A stretch of 60,418 nt of DNA, filler included, from Catajapyx aquilonaris (taxonomy: Eukaryota), in assembly GCA_000934665.2 (NCBI GenBank). It is 2 parts of 2 records of this genome, joined end to end, with 100 filler letters (N's around TTAATTAATTAA, not from the genome) between each part and the next. Parts side by side here need not be neighbours in the genome. Positions count along the whole stretch, not along the records: positions 30,252 to 60,418 come from KZ539194.1; 1 more part is not named here. One strand, 5' to 3'. The notes under the pieces were generated by a model, which made no database searches, was not told the origin of the DNA, and was given only the letters and a program-made list of their open reading frames with translations. Of this stretch, positions 47,986 to 60,045 are shown piece after piece (the stretch's first letter is position 1; every line of letters starts with the position of its first letter). A program made the translations under genes and the position numbers.

Positions 47986-50900
47986 ATTCACTTGATCACT
48001 TCTCTACTATTCGAGAGGAGGTGGGATGAGGGCGGGGCCACATATGGACTGGCCTGTAGCACACTGCGCGGCTACGTCGTGGGAGGGACAACTATCCGGA
48101 GTTGCAACGTTGATAGTCAAATTGGCCTGACAGAAATTCACACGCAGAACACACACCAAAGAAGAAGAAAATCAGTAAAAAACTTGCGCAATATCACTCC
48201 TAACATGTAACCATGGTATACTTGATTGATAATTATCGAGATAGCGGATTTGCAAAAAAAAAAACAGAGCATGTTTGCTAATTTCCCCAACATTGTGTTA
48301 CTATAGTTCGTAATTTAGGCTGCATATTTTTAGTTACTTTAGCACTGATATATTTTGTGGTTTTCACTTGCGCAGTATTTAGCAAGCAGCTTCTGAGCGC
48401 GCTAATATAATTGAGTATTGTTATCTGATAATACAACTCGAGACAGGTAACCATTACATATAGTTGACTGATAATAATTATTGAGATAGTGAATTATTGC
48501 CGAGTACTGCTCATCAATTTTGTCACTGTGATATGGATTTTCTTGCGTATGGATCGTGATATTAATTCCATCCACACGACATGTAAAAAAAAAAATCCCC
48601 CATCGAGGTCAACAGGACAGAAAAATGAGTATGCTATAATATTAGGAAGGGAAGTATGCGCAGCGAAAATGTAATTTCGATATTTAAATACCCCCCCGGA
48701 GCTATATTTTTACGTAAGATTCGACCCTAGAATTATTGAAATTATGGGATAGATTAAGACTGTATTTTTAACCTCATCACATTTATAATTTTCATCCTTA
48801 ACCAGCACAGTTACATTTAAGTGACATCACACTCCTCCGCTTTATTTAGAAACAAGGTTGGACATTTTTTCTGATATTCATATATTATATCCGGCCGTTT
48901 CTGGCTCGGTTGCGAGGATCCTTTTTATTCTTGTTCCCACGCAGAGAAAGCACCAACCATGTCCCCGGATTACACCTGACAAGTGTGGATGTTTGAAAAT
49001 GTCCAGTGGAGGATAAGTAAGCGATTATTTATTCTCCACTGGACCCTCTCAAACATCCACACAGGTTACCGCGTAAGGAATTGAGGAAGAAAGAGTAGAT
49101 CAAAGGAGAGAGAGAATAAAGGGCGTGTATATATACGTAGAGGTTGGCGAAAGGAAAGTGCAGAGTGAACGCAGGTGTGATGGAGCAGGGTCTTAACGAA
49201 CAAGGGATGAACAATCTTTTCGGGCGTTAAAAAGGCGGATTCCGCACTATTCAGTGTGACAGAATGGTGCTGATGGATGCGATGCTTGGGGAGAAAGATT
49301 GGGGGGCCCAAGATTTCTATAGTTGAATCTCTCTGCGCAGATATTGGCCCTCCTGCCCTCCTGCCAAAAAAGCGTGGGAACTTTCCCCCCAAGAATGGCC
49401 CCCCTTCTCTCACCTGACTTGTGAGAAGTAAGAGGACCAAAAAGAAGGAGAGACGAATATTTTCTTCTGTCTGCCCTGCTGAATGATATACAAGACAGAC
49501 AGGCCTGCATTTTGGGCAGTCAGTTGGGCGTCTTCTAGGAAAGGAAAAAAAAAATCGTGTTTCAGCTTTCATGGAAAAAGGACTCAAGAGTTCAGTTGGC
49601 CCGTCATCGCAGCAGGGGATTTCCGCAGCTGATGGGTTTCCTCAGTGATTGATGGGGCGAGAATGAGGCAGAAAGCCCCTTGTAAATATCTGGCCAATCT
49701 GTAAGAGTATAGGCCAGAAATGACCAAAGATTATTATTTGGCTTCGTCCTGAGCATGCGGGCCAAGTCGATAAATTATACGACAGCCATTTACCATGACC
49801 TGTCTGAAAAAGGGCACTTGGATCTGGGAAGAACTATACGTACATTTATCTTTCGATTTGCAGCTGTTATACAACAATCGCAGATTACTGTATACCGGTA
49901 TTTTTAGAATGTATTTTAGTAACTACGTATCATAATGACGTAACATGTTGTATACTGTACGTGCGTTGCCAATATTTATGCCGAGTCTGATATTGGTGAG
50001 TCAGCAGACTGGGGCACAATATTTTACTGCGTAGCTTTGAAAATCTCCATGAAATGTATCAAAATTAGGGAGAAAAAATTTAGATTTTGTTTTCCCATGT
50101 AATTTTGTATAGGCATGATTTTTTTAATTGTGGTGTAATGTAAAATTTTATTTTGAATCTGATTGAGCGTGCAAATAAATGACAAATGTGTGGTGGTGCT
50201 ATCATTGAGGAAATAATACATTTTAATTTTTATTGTATTTGAGGAAAATCTGTCATTTCATGATGAAAATTTCATCATGAAATGACAGATATTCCTCAAA
50301 TATCTGTTTTATCTTCATGTATTTTTGATTCTCACTGTCAGCCCCATTTTTTGATGACATGAAGATTTTTTTATAGCGATGCTGATGTGAGGCAACAAAA
50401 AATGAAACTCCTGGTAGCCAATAGGGGCCTACAGGAGTAAGGTAAATGTGTATTATTATGGAGAAGTTGCGTCCAAGGAGCAATGATCTGGCGAAAATAA
50501 GACCCGGATCAAGTGACATGAGCCAATTATTTTGTTGTGGAATTTATTAGGGGTCTCTCCAAAGCTCAAGAAACCCTTGCCCACAGCAGACCTCATAAAG
50601 TGTCCCCTCTCCCACCCCGGGGGGGTCTACCCTCTTTTCACCCACCGGCGGGCGCCATCCGCATCCGACACAGCTAAACCAGAAGAGAAGCCGCGAGGGT
50701 GTCAAAGAGAAAAAGGGCGTGGAAGATGCCAGGTTTCTTCAAAGGTGCAATTTACCCCCCGATTTTGTTGTATTGTTGACCAACTATTCCCATATCGGAT
50801 GTCCAGGCCTTGAGGTCGCCAGTCTTAATTTTGTGAAGGGAACCATTAACCTTTAGGAGAAAAAAAGAGAGATCCACTAGATCACAGCGGACCTGTTCTA

Positions 50901-53207
50901 TAAAACAACAAAAATATTATATCGCGAAACCTTTTGTAGTTGTCAAACTTGGACGTGGATAATTCTCCACAACACAACTCGTGGCGAAAATAGGTCAATG
51001 GCCCTACCCCATGCAGCATTGGGAGGGGCGGGTGAGAAGAAGTGAATTTTTGGCTCCGGCTTGTCCGGGAAGGGATTAAAATTTCCCGGCAGATAATTCC
51101 CCAAACTGGAGCAGTTTCAGCTTGTTTTCTTCTTATAGGACGACAAGTCAACAATATGCCTAGGTTATGGCCCATAGTCGGGTGTTGTAGACATCTTTTT
51201 CCACCCAGCTCACCGTATCACCCGCATTCGGCTTCATTTCACATTATTGTTACGTCTATAATCTATACTGTACAAATAGACCATTCGTAATTTCGCACAG
51301 CACACATTGCTTTCTTGAATCGTCCGTCGTTCCATGGTAAGTATATAGGCTACCTCTCTGCATAAATCTACGAATTATAAAATAGTGTCGTCAATATTGT
51401 TCAATATTGAAGATTGTGTTGAGATAGAGAGATGTATGCAAATAGAGTCAATATTGTGGTCGTGTTTCTCGCAATTCATCATTCTCTTTCTGAAGCCAAA
51501 CAAGTCCGATGGATCATACAAAAAAGAGGAATATAACCACATTATAATATATTATGTGATTAATAATACTACAATAGCAATAACCATGACGTTACGGGGC
51601 ATAATAAATTTTCTCGTGCCATATGACTGATAATTTCGAGACCCGGTAAGTCATTGCACTTATAAATTTTATCAGCTACCTTCTCAAGCATGCTGAAGAA
51701 ATCCAGATGTTTCAACAGGAATTCGTCTCAAATTCGGTGCCAGTTGGGGTCAAGTTCATTTGGCTCCATCTGGCTCATCAGGAAAAGTGATCGGATAAGA
51801 GAGCAAACGTGTTAGGCGCATATTTTTTAAGCCTTTATCATACGCCTGCAGGACAGGGCGACAAGTCAATAAAGGCGCCGCAGAGATATTGAAATAAAGA
51901 TAAGCGAATGGCAAAAGGGCAAAACACAGAATATTGATATTTTAAGGTTATCAGCTGAGGTCATTGGGACATGTTGTGACTCTGTACTGTAGTACACCAA
52001 TATACATTACATATCAACATTTTATGGCCTTACATGATCAGTTGCAGTCTCTGTTCAAATGTTATCATAACATTCCAACGGCAAACTTCGGTTTAAGCAA
52101 AGTTGTTGACGCTTTTTACGTCTTGTTCATTCGGAGTCATCATGGGAATGATGGTAACAAACTCACAATATTTACAGCATTCAATCTACGATTGGTCGCG
52201 CAAAATCACAGGGATATTCGATATTCCCGTGATTTGCAGTGATTTGCACCTAATCGCAGACCAGTTGAAGGCTGTAAAGCCTGTAATATATTGTGCGGAT
52301 TTTACAAGAATGACGTCATTCTCGTGAAGACGCCGAGTCAATCATAAACAAGACGTAAAAAAAATCATGAAATGTATGCGTCAACAAATCTGCTTAAAAC
52401 GAGGTCAAGCACGTAGAGTCCAGGTGTCAGTCAAGATAATTACGAGTGCAAGGCGCTCGATTCCATTAGCTACACAATGTTGTCATTTGCTGGATGTGAT
52501 CCTTGTGAAGTCAGACCTTTTGCCCAAAAATGGTAAGTAATTAAGACGATCAGTTGCACTTGGATCGTATTATTACACGGGTTACAGAGTTGGCATATTT
52601 TTAAATACCCTGGCAGTAAGACATATACGCTTGGACTGCACAAATAGATAACTTATTCTAATGAGAGGATTTTATTATTATTTGCACAATAGTCTATGAC
52701 TACATCTGGTTGCATTTGGGACAGTTGGAATCGAATATCTGGCTCTGACTTTTGTTTTAATGCCCGCATGTGAAGAAAACCTTTTTCCAACACAGCAGAG
52801 TATGGGCTTACCTTCGCTCGGGGGGGTGACCTCTCAGCAGCCCTCCGGAGCCACCTCTCGACATCTCTGACTCTGGGGTGGTCGACTCCTTGTAGACCTC
52901 GGGTCAGTGGGTCACTCCTGGACCCGAGCTGCTTCCTCCGGACTCTATGATGGATTGACTGTCTCTAGCTTGCCTCAGTTTCCTCGCCCTTTTCCCCAGA
53001 TTTCTATCATTATAAGCTATCTCTCGTCCAGCTCCCCCCCCCCCCCCCCNCCTTTACTAATTTTCTTCTGGTTCAAGCATCAGGCTATGACTCATCCACT
53101 GTCCCACCTAAGTGTGTCATCTTCTTGCTCATCTGCACGTGGCCTTTGGCTCACCCATGATACCTGGCCACCGCTGGCCACATGGTTCCCGTTACGTACG
53201 GTACAGT

Positions 53208-53834
53208 CAGTGACATATTACCAATTAGCCCAAGTAGGCACGTGCCTAGAGCGGCAAATTTTAGGGGGCGGCAAAATTTGCCGCCCTAAAGTCTAGATAA
53301 TTTTCTCCTCGATAAAATTTTCCGCCTCCATGACATTAAATGTCATGGAGGCGAAAAAATTTATCGAGGAGAAAATTTTGACGCGTGCGAAATATGTACT
53401 TTATGCAAGACTTTATGGCGTCACCGTTCATGTGCCGCCCCAAGATGAATCGCCCGATGCTCGAGACCAGTAAGGTGAAAGTGGAAAGTCGCGTGCACCC
53501 TTCCCCCCTAGGACAGTGGGGATCTGTGCAGGATCTACAGGCGACTTTCACCCTTACTTGTCTGGGCATCGGCCGATTCACCTTGGAGCGGCATAGAAAA
53601 TGTATAACCCCCAAGATGAAATTCACTGGATTTTGCTAAGTACTTATTGAATCACCAAAATTCCAAAATAATTTGAAACAACAATTTTCGAGATATTTGG
53701 CTTTGAAATCCGCAAATTGCGGAATTTCCCAATCTCGGACCTAAAAAACAGACAGGAGTGGGGGGCGGGGGGGGGGGGGNNGGGGGGCAGATAAGGTTAT
53801 GCCTAGGGGCGGCAAAAGGCTAAATACGTCACTG
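53208..53834. mobile_element. hAT-type MITE
   Basis: TIRs CAGTGACATATT / AATACGTCACTG. Exact 8-bp TSD GGTACAGT at 53200-53207 and 53835-53842. Subterminal GGGGCGGCAAAA repeats and internal palindromes. Confidence 0.9.
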
Positions 53835-54599
53835 GGTACAGTACCTCAGTTCATTTAAATAATGGCCGAGTAGCTAATTGGCATCTGGGGCCATGCTGTG
53901 TTTTCTGATTTTCCGGGTATAATAAATTATCGGAATAAAGTGTATTTTTTGTGGCGGTGGTCCACCCAGGAAGAAGAGAAAATGGATGGAAAAGGGAGAT
54001 TGGACCGGGAACAACAGGACAGCAAGTCAACAAGGAGCCATATCCTAGAGAAGTGGAATCCTATTGACTACCTAGTGACCTATAACCCGGAAAAGAAGGG
54101 AAAGTCATACGGTTTGAGCCTACACAAGGACCCTCAAACCCGCTTATCTCAGAGAAACAGAAAATATCAGGAGGATATAAGGACAGAGAATCGGCCAGTT
54201 CGGGTCGAGCGTGGACAAGTCGAGCATGGACAAGTCGAGCGTCGGATGTCTGAGAGTCGAGCGTGCAACGTCGGAACGTGAAGTCGAGCGTCGCACGTTG
54301 GAGGAACGGTCTGGACAAGTCCAGAGGCACGGGAGAAGAGTCCCAAGATATCCCTGAACTCAAGAGACGCCGGCGCCTGTAGCAGCTGTGAGTATATGGA
54401 AGTGTCAGTACTGTGTACGCGTCACCAGTGAAGTCCTGGTCCCCCCATGTCCAGCCATAAGCATGGGTGGTCATCCTATACAAATGCCTGTAAAATGTCT
54501 ATAACCCTTGTGTCATGTGTTCAATAAATGTGTGTACCGAGGAACCTCGCCTTAATTAACTGGCAACCTCATTTAGCCATGCTTAACTGGTAACGTGGG

Positions 54600-55343
54600 A
54601 AGAGGTGGCTCGGAGTGGCCCAGAATACTCCGGGGTACATTGTGCTGACAGAGACAGGGATGATGGAGGTGGAAGTGGCGGCATTAGAAAGGGCAGTTAG
54701 GTGGATCATGAAGATAGAAAGGTTAGGGGAAGACAGACTGTTGCGAAGGATATGGGATGAGATGAAGAAGGAAAGGAAGGGAGGTAGTAAAAATGGCTGG
54801 TGGGAAGACGTGAGGAAGAAGGAACACGAATGGGGGGTGGAGTATGACGAGGAGTGGCAAAGGCAAACTTGGGAAGAACGATGGGACTCGTGGGGGAAGG
54901 AACTGAGGGAGAGGATGATCGAGGAGAGGGAGGAGAGAATTGCCAACACGACAAACTGGCCCGACTACAGATTTGTAAAGATAGAGAGAGAAGAAGACCG
55001 ATATTTGGACAGAGAGAACATAAAATTTCTGAAGGTGTTGGCGAAACTAAGATGTGGGACACTGATGTGCAGGGCTAGCTGGTCGTGGCTGTCAGAAACG
55101 GAGAGGAACTGTTTATTGTGTGGGGAGGGGGAGGAGAATATGGGGCATATTGTGAGGGATTGTAGGGTAATGAAGGAGGAGAGGAGGAAATGGATACCGG
55201 CGGTGGAGGAGATGGAGGATGAGGAAGTGTATAGCTTTGTAAAGAATGTAAGAAAAAGGGGTGCTCTGTGTAAGTATTTGTACGGGATGGTGAAAAAGAG
55301 GAGGGATACAATTTTGGAGAGACAGGGGGATGGGTTGAGTTAG
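54600..55343 (+). CDS. C-terminal fragment of LINE ORF2 (post-RT region with CCHC zinc knuckle)
   Basis: Uninterrupted frame KRWLGVAQNTPGYIVLTETG...LAKLRCG...CLLCGEGEENMGHIVRDC. Confidence 0.88.
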   Translation, partial: KRWLGVAQNTPGYIVLTETGMMEVEVAALERAVRWIMKIERLGEDRLLRRIWDEMKKERKGGSKNGWWEDVRKKEHEWGVEYDEEWQRQTWEERWDSWGKELRERMIEEREERIANTTNWPDYRFVKIEREEDRYLDRENIKFLKVLAKLRCGTLMCRASWSWLSETERNCLLCGEGEENMGHIVRDCRVMKEERRKWIPAVEEMEDEEVYSFVKNVRKRGALCKYLYGMVKKRRDTILERQGDGLS

Positions 55344-55478
55344 AATGGAAATATGTGAATGTAAATGTGTATGTAAATGTAAATGTAAATGCAAACATGT
55401 GAAGGAGGAGGAGGAGGGTCGGCCAAGCGTCATGCGCTGCAGGCCGACGGTCCAAATAAAGCGCAAAACAAACAAACA
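54600..55478 (+). mobile_element. 5'-truncated non-LTR retrotransposon (LINE, possibly RTE-X-like)
   Basis: 15-bp TSD AACTGGTAACGTGGG at 54585-54599 and 55479-55493. Open ORF2 C-terminus. 3' UTR with (TGTAAA)n, AATAAA and an (AAAC)n tail. Confidence 0.92.
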
Positions 55479-57107
55479 AACTGGTAACGTGGGGTCCTTT
55501 TTGTACCCCACGTCATTTTTTCGATTACAAACTTACATTTACAAAAAAAATCAAAATATAAATGCTTCCTAAATTCGGCCGGGACTATAAGTGGCAGATA
55601 GAAAAAAAATTGACTTCCTCTGACCCTTGGTTGACTGATGAGGCGGTGTTTACTGTTTACCCGTATCCCACGTTCGTGACCCAGCAGCTGTAATGGTGGT
55701 CTCCTTACAATACTATACATGGATATATTTTTTTTACACCTCTGCAATTTTTTATGCTTTTGCTACATCATGAATTTGCCGTGTCTATTTTTAGGGTCGG
55801 AAAAAACTGGTCGCTAACTCGTAACGTGGGGTCCTTTTTGGACCCCCAAGACGACTAGTGAGCGTTTAAATGTTGTTAACTCCCTTTAGATTTTTTTTAG
55901 TCGCTCATAATTTTTTTCGGGTGTGAAAGAGTATATTTCAGGAATATAGGTGTGGGAATTTTCATTTTGACAAAAATCTGCATCAAGGTGGTGACATAAG
56001 TATACCCTGGGGTCCGAAAAGGACCCCACGTTACCAATTAAGGGTTAAGAGTGCCCCAACCCACTCCATACGGGAGAACCCGGTGGGCATCGGAACCTAT
56101 CCTTACTCCCATAATCCTGAATCCCAATCATTAATCCCCTAACTGACCAGTCGTTACATTTTCTTTATATCAAGAGTATCAGTATCACTTGGAGATTTTT
56201 TGCGCTGCACAGCTCGGGAACAGCCCTACTAATGTAATAATAGATAAAACAGCTGACAGCTTAAAACAATACAATGCCGACCTTTCCTTTTCCCTTTGAG
56301 CTTTCCCAGATGAGATGCATTTGTATAGAATCCATCCCAACCTTCTCAGAAGGGCTCATGCCGAAAGTGAAAGTGGTTGTGGTACAATGCAGGGTTTTCC
56401 AAGAAGTCCTCCTACTCTCTTTGGTCTGGGGGCCTAATGATGAGTTGAATCAAATTACTCTTAAATTTCTAATTTTAGAGTAAAAGTTATCCGGTGTATT
56501 AGTTCGTGGTTTTTTTTGTTACTTTCTTAAATACTTTAAAAAAAAATTTTTAACAGCAAGTCGTAGGGGGCGCCAATACTCCTGTGGCCCCCGTCCCCCA
56601 GGGGCAACTGCCCAACTAGCCCATACGGTATGGCCCTGAGGCATCAGATAGGCTTTCAAAAGAGCATGGCACCAAGAGCCTACACAGATGCATGTTGGAA
56701 TTTTATGACCCCTGATCACTTACCTTTCCCATCAATCGACCGTAAATAGCGGGGGAGTTGGCGTACGTATTGCCCTAGGCCCCTAGGTGGATAGCGGCCT
56801 CTTTTGCACTCACACTTTAAAAGCCCCTCTGTATATGTAGCTTTCAAGTAGCAGTGCAATAAAGACCGCTGTCATCCCTGCTGGGTGCCGAGTCCCCCTC
56901 GGCGCGTGGCATAGCCCACTGGCGCCGGTGGTTCTCAGGGCATGCATGGATCAGGCAGGCATGCAGCCCGGCTGTATGCCTGCCCGATCCATGCAGGAAA
57001 CGTGGAAAACTGGAGCGTGACGAAAAAGCTTTACGTTTTCACATCATCTTTTGTATACTGACTCACCTTTTCCTGCGAGACAGTTTTATTACCCTGTTTC
57101 CCCCCCC

Positions 57108-57323
57108 NNNNNNNNNNNNNNNNNNNNNNNNNNNNNNNNNNNNNNNNNNNNNNNNNNNNNNNNNNNNNNNNNNNNNNNNNNNNNNNNNNNNNNNNNNNNN
57201 NNNNNNNNNNNNNNNNNNNNNNNNNNNNNNNNNNNNNNNNNNNNNNNNNNNNNNNNNNNNNNNNNNNNNNNNNNNNNNNNNNNNNNNNNNNNNNNNNNNN
57301 NNNNNNNNNNNNNNNNNNNNNNN
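57108..57323. other. Assembly gap flanked by poly-C
   Basis: 216 N. Confidence 0.99.
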
Positions 57324-57359
57324 CCCCCCCCCCCAAAAAAAAAAAACCAAAAAAACACT

Positions 57360-57495
57360 TTAGTGAGAAAATAGTTGCACTTTTCGTCCTCAACCAACTT
57401 TGCGAAATCTGGTGTGTGCGAAGTTGTGACAATAATTTGCAGGCAGGCATCCATATGGTCTTGTGGCAGATTGCTTCGGTGTTTGATCCTGTCCC
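57360..57495 (-). pseudogene. hAT (Charlie/Buster-like) transposase C-terminal fragment
   Basis: RIKHRSNLPQDHMDACLQIIVTTSHTPDFAKLVEDEKCN, with FSH* after a frameshift, matches the pattern K..RS.L...HL..CL....T...PD..KLV...C..SH. Confidence 0.6.
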
Positions 57496-59706
57496 CTGCG
57501 TCCACCTTGAATCTCCTAATCTTCATGGGTCCTCCAAACTATATACCCTTTGACTCACACCACACCACATGGCAAAACCAGCTACTATCTGCACCAAGAC
57601 ATCTGGAAGGAAAAGTACCACTGAGATAGGGGAAGAATGAGAAAAAGGAAATGTGGCTGATAGTTTACATTAAATTAAAATGGGTAAGTATAATTGATCC
57701 CGTATGGTGACCTATGATTACCCAGTTCCAACAAACAACGGGGGTCCTTTCAAGCAGGGGTGACTGTCTTGTGCAATAATGTTGCTATGTATAGAATTTG
57801 TTTCCGGTAGGACTGGGTCAGAGGCTGTCTGAATCTTCATTGCACTGCATTCAAGCAGCTTACATACCCAAGTACAGTACAGGGATCGGATGTACAGCAC
57901 TACGAAACCAACCTCAATGTCAGCGGAAGTTTGATTAGAGCTTCCGCAACATAGCACGTGCAATAAATTAGTTGGAAATAAAGTGATACTATGAAACGCG
58001 ACAAAAGCATCAAATAATATGCAGTCAAAATAATATTACAACCCGAGGGTACCCAATATTATGGCTCTCTAGAGGGGTTAGCGGTTTTTAACTCCTGGTA
58101 TGCCATAAAAAAGAATTTCACCAACCCCTCTATACAGACACACGCCCTTTATTCTCTCTCTCTCCCTTCGTCCTTGAACTGACCCTCTTTCTTCCTCACC
58201 CTTGCAATACCTTTCTGTCGCGGACACTGATTTTGAAAGGATATGGAAGAAGATTTAAGCGAACCAAATGGAATTCTCTTGCGCAACATACTATTCGTTG
58301 CCACCTGGGGGAAGTTTTGAATGGAAAGGGTCGAGATCCGTGTCATGTGGTTTGCACACAGGGCAGAGCAACAAATGCCTCTATTTGGTTGCGGATTAGA
58401 GGCGCCGGATTAGAGGCTGAGGAATGTGCATGCCTAGCTGACTCTAATAGGTTGAGTGGCAGAGGATGCAGGCACAAAGTGTTGGCTACTAAGGGTATCG
58501 TACATAGAGATTACTCAAGGAATAATTACAGAAATGACATTTTCCTACGCAGACCGCGCAACGTAAGCACTTGGGAGGCATATTTGCAATATTAGGCCTA
58601 TTGAAGCTGCATAATAGAAAGGTTAAAAGGTGACGCGAAATTAAAGAGTCATTTCCACACATTTGCAAATACTAAAGGAGGGTTTCGAGAAATATTTCGG
58701 TGACATTGACATTGCGAAGGTCAGCCTATCAGTAGAATGATGGACGATTCAAGAATGAACTATCTTGCTGTGCTCTGAATGCACGTGTGCGACATTACGA
58801 ATTGTCTATAGTCTACAAAATAATAGACAATTCGTAATGTCGCACACGTGTCTATAGTACAGACTGACGTGTGCGAATATTTTTCTCCTCACATTAGCTG
58901 GAGACAATGGCATCGGAGTCAAGGTCAAGAGAAGAGATTCTAGTGCAACTGTAGCGTGTAGCCTATAGTCCTGTATTATAGCCAACGAGATGACTACAGC
59001 TATGCCCGGCTATGCCTATGCGGCCGATATATGCATGTGAACGAGTGGAAAAGAGGATTGTGCTACCGGTACTTCAAAATCGTACGTCCGAATTATTTTC
59101 GAGTAAATTATGTCCTTATAGTAACGACATACATTTAATATTTAAAAATGTGTTTGAAACTTCACTTTTTTTATTGCACAAATACTTTTCATGCATATTT
59201 TCAAATACCGGTATGGACTATGCAATGAAATTGTGCCCCACCAATATAACACCAATATAACACTGCTCGGTGTAAATATTGCCGCAATAGGTACAAGTCA
59301 TCATGTCTTCTACATGCCCTTGTTGGAATAATTTACCAGGTTAATCTAAGGATTGCCGAAAACCATTTGCTGGCCAATCCTTACCGATTGGCCTGCTAAA
59401 TTCCAATGGGCTTTATGCCGAAAATATCTGGCCCAATTATACGAAGGGAATCCCTGCAGAAAACCGCTGGCGATCTTGAAACACGATCCTTCTTCTTCCT
59501 AGAAGGCCCCAAGAATGATCTTGCTGGGGAAGGAGAAGGATCGTGTTTCGGAGTCAACCCGAGATTTGTTTGACACAATACAGACACCTTGCATGCCTAA
59601 ACCATATACGAGGAGTGATCAAAAAGTAAGGTCTCCAAGGCTGTAACTATTATTGTGTATGAACAAAAATGACGAAACTTACAGGGTACATGAGGACAAT
59701 GGACAT

Positions 59707-60038
59707 CTACTTTTCTACATAGTTTCCACACCGAAGAACGCACTTGTCCCATCGCCAGACCAGTTTCTGAATCCCTTCCCAATAGAAAGGGGTGCCCTGT
59801 TGACAGCACCAGTCACGCAGCCTATAGTCACCTCATCGTCGCTTCGGAGATGCTGACCTGCCATGTCTGCTTTCAGGGCTCTGAATAAGTGATAGTCTGT
59901 GAGGGCTAGGTCGGGACTATAGGGTGTGTGAGGAAGAACTTCCCAGTCGTATCCATTCAGCAAAGTCATGGTGTCCCTCGATGTGTCCCGACGGGCGTTG
60001 TCGTGGAGAAGGATGACCCCAGCAGTGAGCAATCCTGG
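59707..60038 (-). pseudogene. mariner transposase C-terminal fragment (left arm)
   Basis: GVILLHDNAR...WEVLPHTPYSPDLALTDYHLFRALK, then after a frameshift FYWEGIQKLVWRWDKCVLRCGNYVEK*. Confidence 0.93.
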
Positions 60039-60045
60039 AGGTTGC

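Larger units (their letters stand above)
54587..56044. mobile_element. piggyBac-type MITE (interrupted by the LINE)
   Basis: Right end ...GGACCCCACGTTACCAATTAAGGG|TTAA. Left end TTAA|CTGGTAACGTGGGGTCC lacks the terminal CCCTTAA. Internal copy of GTAACGTGGGGTCCTTTTTGGACCCC at 55821. Confidence 0.8.
53950..56158 (+). mobile_element. Solo LTR (split by nested insertions at 54587-56044)
   Basis: TGTGGCG...CGTTACA termini flanked by TTTT. TATA-like GATATAAGG near 54173 followed by CCAGTT. GTCGAGC tandem repeats at about 54203-54290. AATAAA near 54523. Confidence 0.7.

Noticed and set aside
54569..55511. Minus-strand Ser/Pro-rich ORFs
   Set aside because: They are antisense shadows of the purine-rich LINE ORF.
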